This document shows positions 1-11,850 of a stretch of DNA of 64,000 bases, piece after piece. This DNA is from Pelomyxa schiedti (lineage: Eukaryota; Protista; Evosea). The DNA is taken from the NCBI GenBank assembly GCA_020536535.1, contig JAHLWZ010000476.1, positions 27,283 through 91,282 of the forward strand, read 5' to 3'. Within the stretch, counting starts at the first letter, position 1, and every line of letters starts with the position of its first letter. The notes beneath the pieces are model-generated. The model was given only the letters and a program-made list of their open reading frames with translations, had not been told where the DNA came from and ran no database searches. The position numbers were made by a program, and so were the translations under genes.

Positions 1-3000
1 TGCATTCCTACTGTGTTACAAAAGCATTCAACCTAACTGTCATACATGGTCCCACGCCAGACTATGTAACACGTCTGGGATCATTTGGTATCATTCTTGG
101 AGGGATGCTTGGTGAATACAAAAAAGCTGATGAGTGTGGTGAACTTGGTATGCGTTTCAGCAAAAAATATGATGACAAGATTGGATTTTGTAAAGCTGGA
201 GTAATCTCCTGCATGTTCCACCGGCACTGGGTTGCACCACTCAGTGAAGAGCTTCAGCTTGCAGATTTAATTCTCAAGTCCTGTATGGAGTTGGGGGAGT
301 TGGAGTATTGTAACTATGCCATTGGGATTATTATACATACAAACTTTGTTATTGGAACAAGTCTTGCTGAGCTTATCAAGAACTCGATGACCCTTATTAA
401 GTTTTGCACTGAGAAAAACCAACCGAGTGGAATTTTTTCTATCTTCTGTGTTCTCTTGGCTATTCTCAGGTTATGCAATAATAATCTCAATAAAAGCATT
501 CTTGGCAACATGAACGAAGAGAGGTTCCTTCGGGAGTGCCCCACAAAAACCAGTATATGCACATATCAAATATTAAAGGGGCAAACCCTTTATATGTTCG
601 GTGAGTACTCAAAAGCAGAGCACTGTCTGCAAAGTGTTGAGGAAATGGCACCATCGATAATTCCCGCGTGGCATGCGTTGGCGGTGCTAAACGAATTTCA
701 GTCCCTTTCCCTGCTGGAGTTGTATGCCATCAGTACCCCTGAGGAAAAGCAGCAATACCTCAAAAAGGTGAAAGAAAACCAAAAGAAAATGGCTGTATGG
801 GCCAATCATTGCCCACAAAATTTCCAACACAAATTAATGCTTGTGAATGCATGCCTCCAGGGTGTGCTCATGGAAAAACCCTTTGGTGAGATTCTATCTC
901 TTTATGATGATGCAGTCCAATGTGCGAAGAGTAGTGGCATTATTCCAGAAGAAGCCCTTGCAAATGAACTGTGTGCCAAATTTTCGATTTCCCATAAGCA
1001 TGTCCCAATGGGAAGATATTATCTTGAAGAAGCTGCAAGGTTGTACAATTCCTGGGGAGCTTCTTCGAAGCGAATGCAACTGTTAGAGAAGTATTCTTCT
1101 ATTATGCGGAATCTTCCCAGGCACACTACAACGGAGAACAGATCCACTGAAATTGTTGTAGGACAAGAATCGGAGAGCATTGAAGTAGATATTCAAGCTA
1201 TTATAAATGCCTCCCAGGCCATTGCCCAGGAGTTGGATCTCCCACAATTACTACGCAAAATCATGCAAATTGTAATGACTAATGCTGGTGCAATGAAAGC
1301 TGCATTTCTCCTTCAGTCTGCTGAAGGTGTTCTAAAGGTCAATTCAGAATGTAAAGCAGACAAAGATATAGAAGTTATGAAAGAGATCCCCTTAAATGAA
1401 TGGCCAGATGGGTCAGCAAGTATTGTCCGATATGTGAGTCGTACAAAGAAGTGTCTTGTGTTGCCAAATGCCTCTGAAGATAAGCGCTTCAACCAGGACC
1501 AGTATGTAACAAAGCAAACTGTGAAGTCCGTACTATGCTTGCCCATTACTAACCAGTCAGAGCTAATTGGTGTTCTTTATTTGGAGAATAGTCTGACTGT
1601 CAATGCCTTCCCCAAGTCCCGAATCGAAATTCTTCAAATATTTGCGTCCCAGATAGGAATTTGCTTTAAGAACTTGGAATTACTTCGGATCCGAGGAAGA
1701 CAGGAATTATTCAATCGAACATTCCCTGCAGTTGTAGTGAAGGAAATGGAGGAGAGAGGATTGCTCTCCGACCCTAATCAGTATACAAATTATGTCCCTC
1801 GAGCAACTGTCATGTTTGCCGGTAAATTACTGAGTGATCGTCAATAAAATCCTAACGCAACTTGAAGATATTGTCGGATTTACAAGCAAGTGTAATAAAC
1901 TTGGGGAATCTGACACTCCTCTCAGAGTTCTGAACAGCCTATTTTCTGGATTTGACAGACTGACAAGAGAGGCCTCTGTGGAAAAAATTAAAACAGTAAA
2001 CCTCTTAAACTATCTATCCATTATGTTTTAACCTGTTTATTTCCTCCTCTTATCAGGTTGGAGACGCTTACATGGTTGCCAGCGGAGTTCCACAACCCAG
2101 AACTGACCACCTTCAAGCGGTTATTCTTTTGGCACTCCAAATGAATGACTACTGCCACAACATATCTTTTGCTGGAGAACCACTGCAGATGCGCTTTGGG
2201 CTAGCCACCGGCCCAATTCACTGTGGCATAATTGGGTTGGATAAGTTGCAATTTGACCTGATTGGACCCACAGTGAACCTGGCATCTCGGCTCGAGAGCA
2301 GTGGACGCCCACTCTGCATACAATTGCCAGACGCTCTGAGGGTTGAACTGGAATTGGACCAAGAATTCATGAGAGCCCTCAAGGCACGAGGGGCCGCGTT
2401 TGTGGGAAGGACGGGAGCTGTTGTCCTCAAGGGATTTGAACCCATTTCCACTTGCTTCATTGGCTGCGCAGACAGCATCATTGAAATCACCCCCCAAGAG
2501 TCCCAAGTTCCCCAAACCTCACCATCTCCCGATGCATGCCAACAGCTTCAACCCATATCCAACAAGCCACAGCCACCACCACCACAACAGCAACAGCAAC
2601 AACAACATCAACGCATCATCATCAGTCGCACTGAACCAGCCCCGACACCGACACCGCCAACACAACCGGACAAGTACTCGACCCTTCCCACAATTCAGCC
2701 ACAGCAAGGCGTCACCCAAATAACCGTTTCGCCGTCTCAGCCTCAGCACCAGTCTTGCGTACCACAGCCCCTGTCCGCGGCCACGATCACGACCGCCATA
2801 ATCCCCCCCACTCCCGCTCCTTCGCCCGCGGACCTGCCGCCCCTGGTCCTGCAGCTGCAGCACTTTGCCACGCCCATCAGGCTCTCGAGCCACTCCAAGA
2901 CAGCCTCGCAGCCGGAGCTCTGGGACTCGCCCTCGCCCCCGCTGGGGGCTCTGCTCCACCCCCACGACCACCGGGGCGGCGGCTCGAGGCTCTCGGCCCC

Positions 3001-3553
3001 TCACTCCTCGTCCCAGACCCGGCAGCACCAGCCACAGTCCCATTATCAGCACCAGCACCAGAACCACTTCTCGTCATCGTCCCCGCACAAGCCGCCAAAG
3101 ACACTTTCCCCAGCAACAATCACCACTACAAACACCAATGCCACCAGCAGCAGCAACAACAATAACACCAAGGGCAAAGAAATCGACACCTCGTTCATCA
3201 CCATTGTCCCACTCAAGCCGATTTCCACCGCCTCACCGCCAACAGTAATGGCATCCCACACATCCACAACAGCAAGAGTAGGCCACAATCTCAATCGCAA
3301 CCGGCGGCACCATTACTACCACTCACCCTCGCCGCCTCCTCCTGCTCCCTTGCCAGCAGCAACAAAGCTGGGCGACTGGAAGACGGGAATCACGCACGAG
3401 ATGGGCGAGGTCAATTTCTTCCAGTCACACTCAAACAAGAAAAGCACAACACTGCACACACACACGAATGTGATATCACCAGGAAGCACGGCTCCTTCAA
3501 AATCAACAGTGACAAGACTGCCTCCAATCACGCCTCCTCCATGGAGGTGGTAG
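1..3553 (+). CDS. 5'-truncated multi-domain adenylyl cyclase: helical/TPR-like region + GAF + class III cyclase + Pro/Gln/Ser-rich tail (HstK/Pkn-type sensor architecture)
   Basis: ORFs 105-1847, 1834-2031 and 2072-3553 join via GT-AG introns 1822-1867 (FA|DIVGF) and 1996-2056 (EKIKT|VGDAYM). GAF motifs: ASQAIAQELDL, SIVRYV, KSVLCLPI, GVLYLEN. Cyclase motifs: FADIVGFT, KIKTVGDAYM, FDLIGPTVNLASRLES. Confidence 0.85.
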
Positions 3554-3691
3554 GTAGTGTGGGGTTAGGACTCCATTCATTGTGTATTCATCCCTTTTGT
3601 TTTTGTATGTAAAAAGTGACTTTATAAAAGCAACCTTTTTATTTTGTATTTGAGAGGAAGTAAAGCAAAAACAGAAACCACAATATGTTCA

Positions 3692-5673
3692 TCACGTGAA
3701 CAGGTGTGGTGGCATTGGGGCCAATGTTGATGATATTGCTGGGGTAAATCCCATTTGCTCTATCAAGCTTTCAACGGTTATGCCTGGGGCAATTTCACAC
3801 AGTTCCAGGCCCGTCTCACACAGGCGGAACACACATCTCTCTGTAATATCTTAGGGAATGTTAGTAGCGTCAAAAGGGTAATGGGTGGTTTACAAAGAAC
3901 AAGACGTCGCGGGTGTAGCCTGAAGGAAGTGGGACCACTGAAGCTAACTTGTTCTACTTGGTTCATAAATTTCCTCACTTTACCCTCCGTCAAAATTGCT
4001 GCAGAAATTAAGATAAGATAGATGGCACAAGAGGGCTTTACTTAAAACATCATTTCCTGTCCCAACAGTGAGCCCAATGGCTGTGAAAGAACCCATAAAC
4101 ACTAGCTTTTTTGTTGATGCTGTAATGTCAATGAACGCTCCTGTTCCAACGAGGGTCGAGCTGAACTTAGAAACATTCACATTCCCAAATCGATCTGCCT
4201 ATTAAAGAGATGAGTTCTTTTAACGTTGTAGTTTAGATACCTGCGCCATTCCGAGAAAGGCGATGTCGAGGCCACCGCCGTGTATCAAATCAAATTGCTG
4301 GGCTGGATCTACAGCAGAAGAGCCATTGATACTTGCACCAAAGTCCTTCCCCATCTGTGGAATTCCGCCATACACCCCAAGAGCTGTCTGTGTGAAGGCA
4401 TGGAATAGTACTTGTAGGCAGTACCATTGGTGACAATAAAATTCCTGACTTTATCCTCAAGAGCCACCAACCACAGGGACTCCGGCATTCCAACGCCAAA
4501 GGTGACCTGCAACAGTTGTTAGACAAAGATCTCAGCTAGTTGGGTCTTACAAGAGAGTTGGGGAACAATTCCTGTGCTGCCCTCCGCCCTATGATTTTTT
4601 TAACCCCCATTTGCAGAGGTACAGGTGGTTCTAGGGGTGCCACTAGTTCCCCACTAAACAATGGAGAATAAGTCGTCCCAAATGTCTGCCAGTGGTGCTC
4701 TGGGGGAGCCACAACAACAAAGTCGACGAGATTCCCTTTATTAGTTCTGTAAGGTGCTATAAAAAGGAGGAAAGTCAAACCGGGGATCCGCACAAGAGCT
4801 CTAGGAATAGTTTTTGAAGCAGCAATCCTCTCAACTTGTACAATAACAATGCCACCATGACACTTTACTGCAATTGCAGCAGTCAGGGCTTCCCCAAGAA
4901 ATATCTGACGTTGGGAAAAGTTATACGAGGAATAAACGTAGCACTGTATTACTTCGTGTTCCACACTGATGTTACCCTCCAAATCGGATGTAGTCCCTCG
5001 TAGAATAGCCACATTCAACCGGGGACAATCGTAGGATAGGAATTCTTCACCGCGGTGTGTTACCTGAGTAAATTTGAGGGCTTACCATTTCCAGGAGGAA
5101 ATACCAAATTGACCATGTCCTTTGTAGTTATAGAATTCAATTTTCCACCATTCAAGCGGGGATCCACGAACGTCCCTAAGCCAACTCTAGAGAGTGTGTA
5201 CGGTAGACCAGCTGAAGCATTCCGCAACATATGCAACATCACACCCAATGGAAGATTAAACGCGCTCACTTTGTTGGATGCAACCAGCTTCTGTATCTTA
5301 GGAATGTTCGCCCAGTGTGCCCCGATGCAACAATCGACGAGACCCTCGTGGGCCAAGTGGTTAACGCCTCGGTCTTTTCCATCACCCTTGGGGGACGAGT
5401 TGAGAGGCCGGAAACTGAAGGCGAGGGGAGTATACAGGCCCACCGAACCACATCAGAGTCAGCCTCCGCGGCAAGCCGCTCTCCAGGAAGATGCGTTCCA
5501 GGTTCAGCATAAGGTATTCAGCATGCCCAGCGCCGGCATATCCCCCTGGGAAACAACAACTGGTTAGGCCACCGGCGTGGAGATCTTGCCTCGGCCCCAT
5601 AACCTATTACGACTGTGTCGCCATCTCTAATGTGCTGCAGGGCCTCCACCGCTCCCGTGACTTTTCCTTCCAT
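3692..5673 (-). CDS. Family I acyl-CoA:acetate/propionate CoA-transferase (YdiF/Pct-like, fused alpha+beta)
   Basis: Spliced: MEGKVTGAVEALQHIRDGDTVVIGGYAGAG, NLPLGVM, GLGTFVDPRLNGGKLN, AILRGTTSDLEGNIS, GVGMPE, GGGLDIAFLGMAQ, GNVNVSKF, VEQVSFSG, TERCVF, EIAPG. Stop TGA at 3692-3694. Confidence 0.88.
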
Positions 5674-5781
5674 TTGTTTTAAATCGAAAGTGGTGACATC
5701 GTGTGTTGTCAGGCATCACGGACCTTTCAAAGAAAAATGCCACACGAGAGTGATAAGCCGGAGGCAGTTGTGTAATTTTAT

Positions 5782-7703
5782 TCAGTGATCTGTGGAGGGG
5801 GGTGCGGATGGGGTCAGATCTTGTGCGGAAGGTGGGAGATCTGTGGGTTGCTGTGCTTGGTTCTGTGGAATGGCAATGGTACTATCAGAGGCGGTGGCGG
5901 GAGGCAGTGTGCTGTCTGCCGATGTGGTCTTTGGGGCGGAGATATCGTCGAAGTCGATGTCGGCAATGGCTTCTTCATCCTCCGGGCTGATGGCGAAACT
6001 ATTCCCCAGATCTGCAGGTTGGTGCCGCGGCGGTTGCGTGATGGGAGCCTGAGAGTTCTGCGGCGGCTGGCGCTGCTGCGCGCGAGGAGCCGACAAGTTG
6101 CCTTTGTTTTTCCAGTACTGGAGGCTGTACTCTGTGTATTGGTTGGGGTGGTTGAATGCCAGCTCAGTCAGGTCGGCTGACGGGTGCTTGGCCTCAAAGT
6201 ATTTCCTGCATGCAATCTGGAAGTGGTATCCTTCGGCATACCGAAGTATCTCAAACGCAACTGATTCAGGGAAGTCACTGCCCTTATTGGTCGTTACGTT
6301 TTGTTTCTCTTTAAGTTCTCACCTGTAACAGGGCCTCCAGGTCAGATCTTGGCACTTGGTGTGAATTAAACGGGCACCCGTGGTACTCATTTGCACTGAT
6401 TTGTACCTAAAGATCAAATGCTTGAGTCGTAATTTATCTGTGTGCTTACAGACCATCATTGAAATTACTTTTGCACAACCATAAGGTGTGTAGTCTTTCT
6501 GGGCACCCACTTTACCGTAGCTGTGACGAACGTTGTACAGATATTCCTTTGCCCACTTATCTTCAGTCATTTTGTGCAGCAATTCTGATCTCCAAAAGTT
6601 GATGCTCTGTTCCACAGTTAAACCAAGCCCTTAATACAGTGAACAAAACAAGGTAGTGCTAATCTGAAAGGAACCTTTCAGGAATAGTCCATATTGGTGG
6701 CGCCCCCAGTGCTTTAGGTGGTGCTCTTCCCGAAGGTGATGATGAAGTCGTTGCATACAGGGCGGGAATGATCGTGCACAATGTAAATCGAGGTCTGTTT
6801 TTGTTCATGTTGGATGTATCATAAAGTATGATCTCTTTAAGGAGTACCTTCAATTTCGATCCTTCCTGCAGTTTGACGTGGAATAGCTGAATGAGAGGAG
6901 ACAGCTTGCTTATTGGCCAGTGATACCAAAAGTGGAACCAGATAAGGAACCTTGGCCACTACTTGAGGATATGCCCTCTGTGCGCGAGCCAAAGCTTCAG
7001 TTAAGTGAACCCTGAACTTTCCAATGATAACAGTAGGCAGGCGGTCAGCCGTGACATAGGCATATCCATTTTTCAAGAATGCACCACGATCAGCAACGAT
7101 GTCTATTGCTTCCTCAAATGGAACAACATACACAGACGTCCTAGATGCACCCGCAGCATTTCCTGCTGTTGTTGCCTTCTCAATATCCCTGGTAGCACTA
7201 AATGCCACTGCTTGCATTGCACCAGCTATACCAGCAGACGTTTCCGCGAACTCCTCAGTGGATGGATTTCTGTATGACATTTTGTTCGCCACAAGGAACG
7301 ACGAAAGGTCTTCTGCCGAGAGTCGCTCCAGTCTGTACTTGAGGAGTGTGCGCTCGTGATTGATGAACCATGCACGATTCTCTGGAGTTGCAGAGAGTGC
7401 TAAACGCAGTGCAAAGTGGGAGTGAAGGTCCCTTTTTAACGTTAACGACGTGGGAAAAAGGAAATAAACGTACTTTCGCAAGTCAGCAATTGTTATTAAG
7501 GGCATGTATCGTTGGATTGCCTGTGAGACTCGCTCCTCTGCTGTTGCTCGCCCTATCTCTCCACGACAAACATTAATGTTGTCTACAATTGCGAACAACG
7601 CGATTCTGTCCTGCGCCCACTTGGTATAAACATCAGTTGATACCTCCTCGCACGGGGCTTGGCGATAGAACGGTGCTTTATCGGTGGACACCCGGGACGT
7701 CAT
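5782..7703 (-). CDS. PRIM2: DNA primase large subunit (p58)
   Basis: [59 protein letters not shown] and HPNQY (Fe-S domain), spread across several short GT-AG introns. Confidence 0.93.
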
Positions 7704-7897
7704 GAAGAAATTGTTTTAAAAGAAGTTGAAATTTGGTTTATTGACAAGGGTGGGTTGGTCTGCCAGATCTTTACATTCTGTGAGCCACCAGCCTCTGCAT
7801 TGGAGCCCTCTGCGACAACCTTAAGATGGTCTTCACTTGTCTCCTCTGTGAGGCCTGCCTGATGGAGCTTCTAATTTGTCTCTGCTGTGTCAAGCGC

Positions 7898-7972
7898 AGG
7901 GTGGTGCCCCTCGCACTCTGCCACCTGTTGCGAGCTGCCCGAAGGGTGGCGCCCCTCGCACTCTGCCACCTG
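7898..7972. repeat. Two 30-nt direct repeats (AGGGTGGyGCCCCTCGCACTCTGCCACCTG), period 45 nt
   Basis: Copies at 7898-7927 and 7943-7972 differ at one position. They lie between the divergent primase and kinase genes. Confidence 0.9.
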
Positions 7973-8302
7973 AATTTCATCTCCCTAAGAGGTGCGTGGA
8001 TCTGTCGATTCACTAACGAGGTCATCCTGGCATCGACCTCCTGCAGGGAGTTACAAGACAATAAAAAGGCGTAAACATACCAAAGCAATGAGGCAAAGAA
8101 GGACGACAAGGAACAGAATATATATTGGCGGCATAGCCGTCGGTATTTGCTGGTTGTTACGGTTGGTTGCGGTTGTTGATTATGCTTTGTTGGTTTATCT
8201 TCTTGTTTTTTATTTGGTTCGAATATCATCGGAATAGTATATAAGTACTCTTTGTGCAACTGCAGTCTGCACAAAACGCCCACCCAGGAAGGTGCCAAAA
8301 AA

Positions 8303-11300
8303 ATGACGAAGATGTTTCGTGCCATGTGCGCTTTGCTTGGTGTTGTCGGTCTCATCCGCTCGCAGTGCGTAGGGCCAAACATCAATGTGCAGTTGCCCGA
8401 GCCATACAACTACGAGGTCGGTACCACCCCCGACTGGGTCATAACCCCGGCCGTCAAGTGTGGCGTGGTGCAAGACGGTTTCACGTGGGGGTCAGATCCT
8501 ACAGTCGCGGTTGCCGACGCCGAAACTGCCGATTTGACGTTCACGTGGTGCTGGGGCGACTGCGCCGGTGGCCCCACCCAGGCCAACTACGTGTTGTCAC
8601 ACTACCTGGCATCCACCGACAAGGCCACCAATTCCACTTTCCACAGCGAGCTCTCATGCGACCTCCCATCATCGGGTTCCGTGCCCTCCTCCGCCACCTC
8701 CTTTGACGTGAGCGTCGTCTGCGGTGCGGATTTTCTGGGCACCATAGTTATGTCATTCCTGTTTGTTGACGCTTCAACGGGCGCAACCACACTTGTTGAG
8801 TTTGTGGTTCGCTATCAGTGTTACACTCCTGGGTGCTCTACACTATGCTATGAGCACGGGAACTGCGACGTCCTGCGTGGGCTTTGTAAATGTAACACAG
8901 GCTGGCTGACTGATGACTGTGCATTATACGTCACCTACCCGAAGGAGCTATGCTCCCTGCAACACTTCAACGTATCCTATATAATACCGTATGTCTTCAC
9001 CCTACCCACCTTTTGGTTGCACTTCTTACCAAGAGGCACAGAGCTGATTTCAATGGCGTCAATGGCTTGGGTTTTCAAATATATTTCACCCTGATTCGCT
9101 CGTTCATAACTGCGGAGAGAAGAAACTTTGCCACTTGGACCACAGCAGTACCAGTGAGCACTGACCCAATCCGAGACCAAGATTTCCTGAATGATACAAA
9201 GCTATTTACATGCTTTTTAGTTCCTGGACATTATGACGTTCAAATATCGAGCAACTTGATTACAATTTACAAAGATAAACTTCTTGTACATGACTATGAG
9301 ACCTGTGGAATGGCAGACAACTGCAGTGCTGATGCTACCTGCAATGGACATGGCACTTGCAATATCAACAGTTCCTGTGAGTGCAATGAAGGTTATTTTG
9401 GATCAAACTGCACGCGCGGATGTTCCTCAAACGCAACACATACAACCCCCGAGGGTACAATTCAAAGTGACTATCCATGGAATGGACAAGATTCGTCAAT
9501 GGAATATAAATATTCCACCACTTGCCAGTGGAACGTTGATGTCGGCGGATCTTACGATGCTATTGAGTTTACAATACAATACTTATCGCTGGGAGATGAT
9601 ACTGTAAGTATTTACGAAGCTGACGGGATAGCATCACCTCAGAAGCTTATTTCCACCTTTTCTGGGTCCACGTTCTCCAGTGATACAATTACTGTTGACG
9701 GGAGATACTCTGTAGTGACATTCACCTCAACATACACAAATGCTGAATCGGGCTTTGTTCTGAATTATAAAGCAATTAATAACCCCATTCCGGCAGTGGG
9801 AATAGCCTTCATTGCTGTTGCTGCAGCAATCGTTCTAGGTGCAGCAGCTGCTGCTTTGGGTGTACTGACAACTTTCTTGGTTCGTCGACGTCGAAGGCTT
9901 CTTGCAGAAGCCGAGGCAACTCCAGCTGAAGCCATGCCAGCATCCGAAGTTGAGAACATTAACTACTCAGAAAGTGAAACTACCACACAGATGGATGAAG
10001 CTTCGTTCAGTATGGACAAAACAAAGATCGACTTCGGTTTGACTGCCAAGGATGTCTTCCCGATTCTGGAAGAGCACACAGATCAGATTACCCTTATTAA
10101 CAACAGCAAGAACTCTGTGAACTATTGTTTTTACGTTCCTGATCTTCCAGATACCTTCACACTGGCCATGAGACCTGGAAAAGGAACCATAGGTGCACAC
10201 CACAATAAAACTGTGGAGATCAAATTTATGTTGCTGTACACCACAACACTGGAGACGTTGGTGAAGCTAGTGATATCATCTTTATCCGGCGATACAATGG
10301 CAACAATATATCTGCCACTTAAACTGGTAGGCGCCCTGTCTCCAAGACTTGATCCAAACGATATTGAGCTGGAGCACACTCCACTCGCCTCTGGAGCATT
10401 TGGGTACCGAAAACTTACCTCTTTCTTTTAAATGGAATTTTTGGTAGGGCAGTTTTCCGAGGCACCTATCGTGGCCAAGTGGTTGCTGTTAAGGTTGTCA
10501 AACACCAGGAAGGGTTGCATGATGCCGAAAAGCAGGATTTTATAGACGAATGCAATTTAATGCATAAGTTGCACCACCAATACATCGTTGGTTTCATTGG
10601 GGCTTCTTATGTTCCTGGTATGAATAAAGTGCACCACTCAGTATTTTTATTTAACGTTTAATTGTAGGAAAGATGTGTGTGTGCTCCGAATTAATGACAC
10701 ATGGCAGCTTGTCTCACTATCTGGAATCTGATGTTGATATCCCTTACCTTCTGCTGTTAAAATTCTCTATGAATATTGCTGAAGCCATGGCCTACCTGCA
10801 CAGTAACAAAATTCTATACAGTTATTCTCCTCTGTTCCATTTTTGTTGAATCTTACTAGTGATAGGGGACTTGAAATGCCAAAATGTTCTGCTCGTTTCA
10901 ACTGTTATTTCTGCAAACATTAACTGCAAGCTCACTGGTTCGCCTCTATCCCTCTTTTTCTTTTTTTTTTTTAAAAAAAGAGAACAGATTTTGGAACTGC
11001 ACGAAATGTTGAAAACCCAGGTAATTTACCATTTTCGACCATTGAAAGCATCCCTGCTTAATTGTGCAGATAAACTTTTCCGCTACACAAATGGTGTTGG
11101 TACCCCAATCTACATGGCCCCGGAACTTCTCAAGGCAGAGATGTACAACGCCAAGGTTGGTTCCAAACCAAAAACACAACAACAACCCACAATGACCAAG
11201 AGCCTAACCCTCCAACAATAACAAAGGCCGACGTGTACAGCTTCTCACTTGCAATGTGGGAAATGTGGACCCGCGAGGAGGCCTGGTCCGACACAATCTG

Positions 11301-11706
11301 CTGGGACATTCCCCGCAAGGTGCAGAAAGGCGAGAGGCCCAAGATACCCGAGGACTGCCCGGCGCCCTTCGCGCAGCTCATAGTAAAGTGCTGGGACCAG
11401 CTTCCCGACAACAGGCCCGAGTTCTCCTCCATCGCCTCTTCGCTCGACGAGATATTCACGGCCTCCGGCGGCAAGTCCGACCACGTGGCACGCGCGGCCG
11501 ACGGAGGAGACGACGACGATTCTGCTGCTGCGGGCAAGGGAGGAGCGGCACAAAGCAGCCGACGAGGCAAGATAATGTCCAGGAAGCGCGCTACTGCGAG
11601 CGGCAAGGTGTCATTCCAACCTGATGCCCCTGAGGAGGACGAAGTCACGGCCGAATCGTCTGGGTTCAAGAGTACTGACCTGTCAAAGAAGAAGAAGGGA
11701 ACCTAA
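8303..11706 (+). CDS. Transmembrane receptor kinase: signal peptide, EGF, EGF, CUB, TM, Ig/MSP-like juxtamembrane domain, TKL kinase
   Basis: Signal peptide; EGF motifs CYEHGNC..CKCNTGW and CNGHGTC..CECNEGYFG; CUB motifs C.W.V and GFVLNY; TM followed by RRRRR. Kinase motifs ASGAFG, VAVK, YRDLKCQN, DFG, GTPIYMAPE, DVYSF, CW..P..RP. Confidence 0.9.
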
Positions 11707-11850
11707 TCTCCCGCACTTCATCATTCGTACTGTAAAAAAAAGTCCCAAAAGTGAAAAGAAAAAAACAGGTTCTTTTTTTTTGGGGATGAACAGAATTGGT
11801 GGAATGTGCCAGGGATTTGAGTAATTCGGTTTATTTATTACTTCACACAT

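Noticed and set aside
7898-7972. CRISPR-like repeat-spacer-repeat
   Set aside because: Only two copies, a 15-nt spacer, no cas genes and a eukaryotic context.
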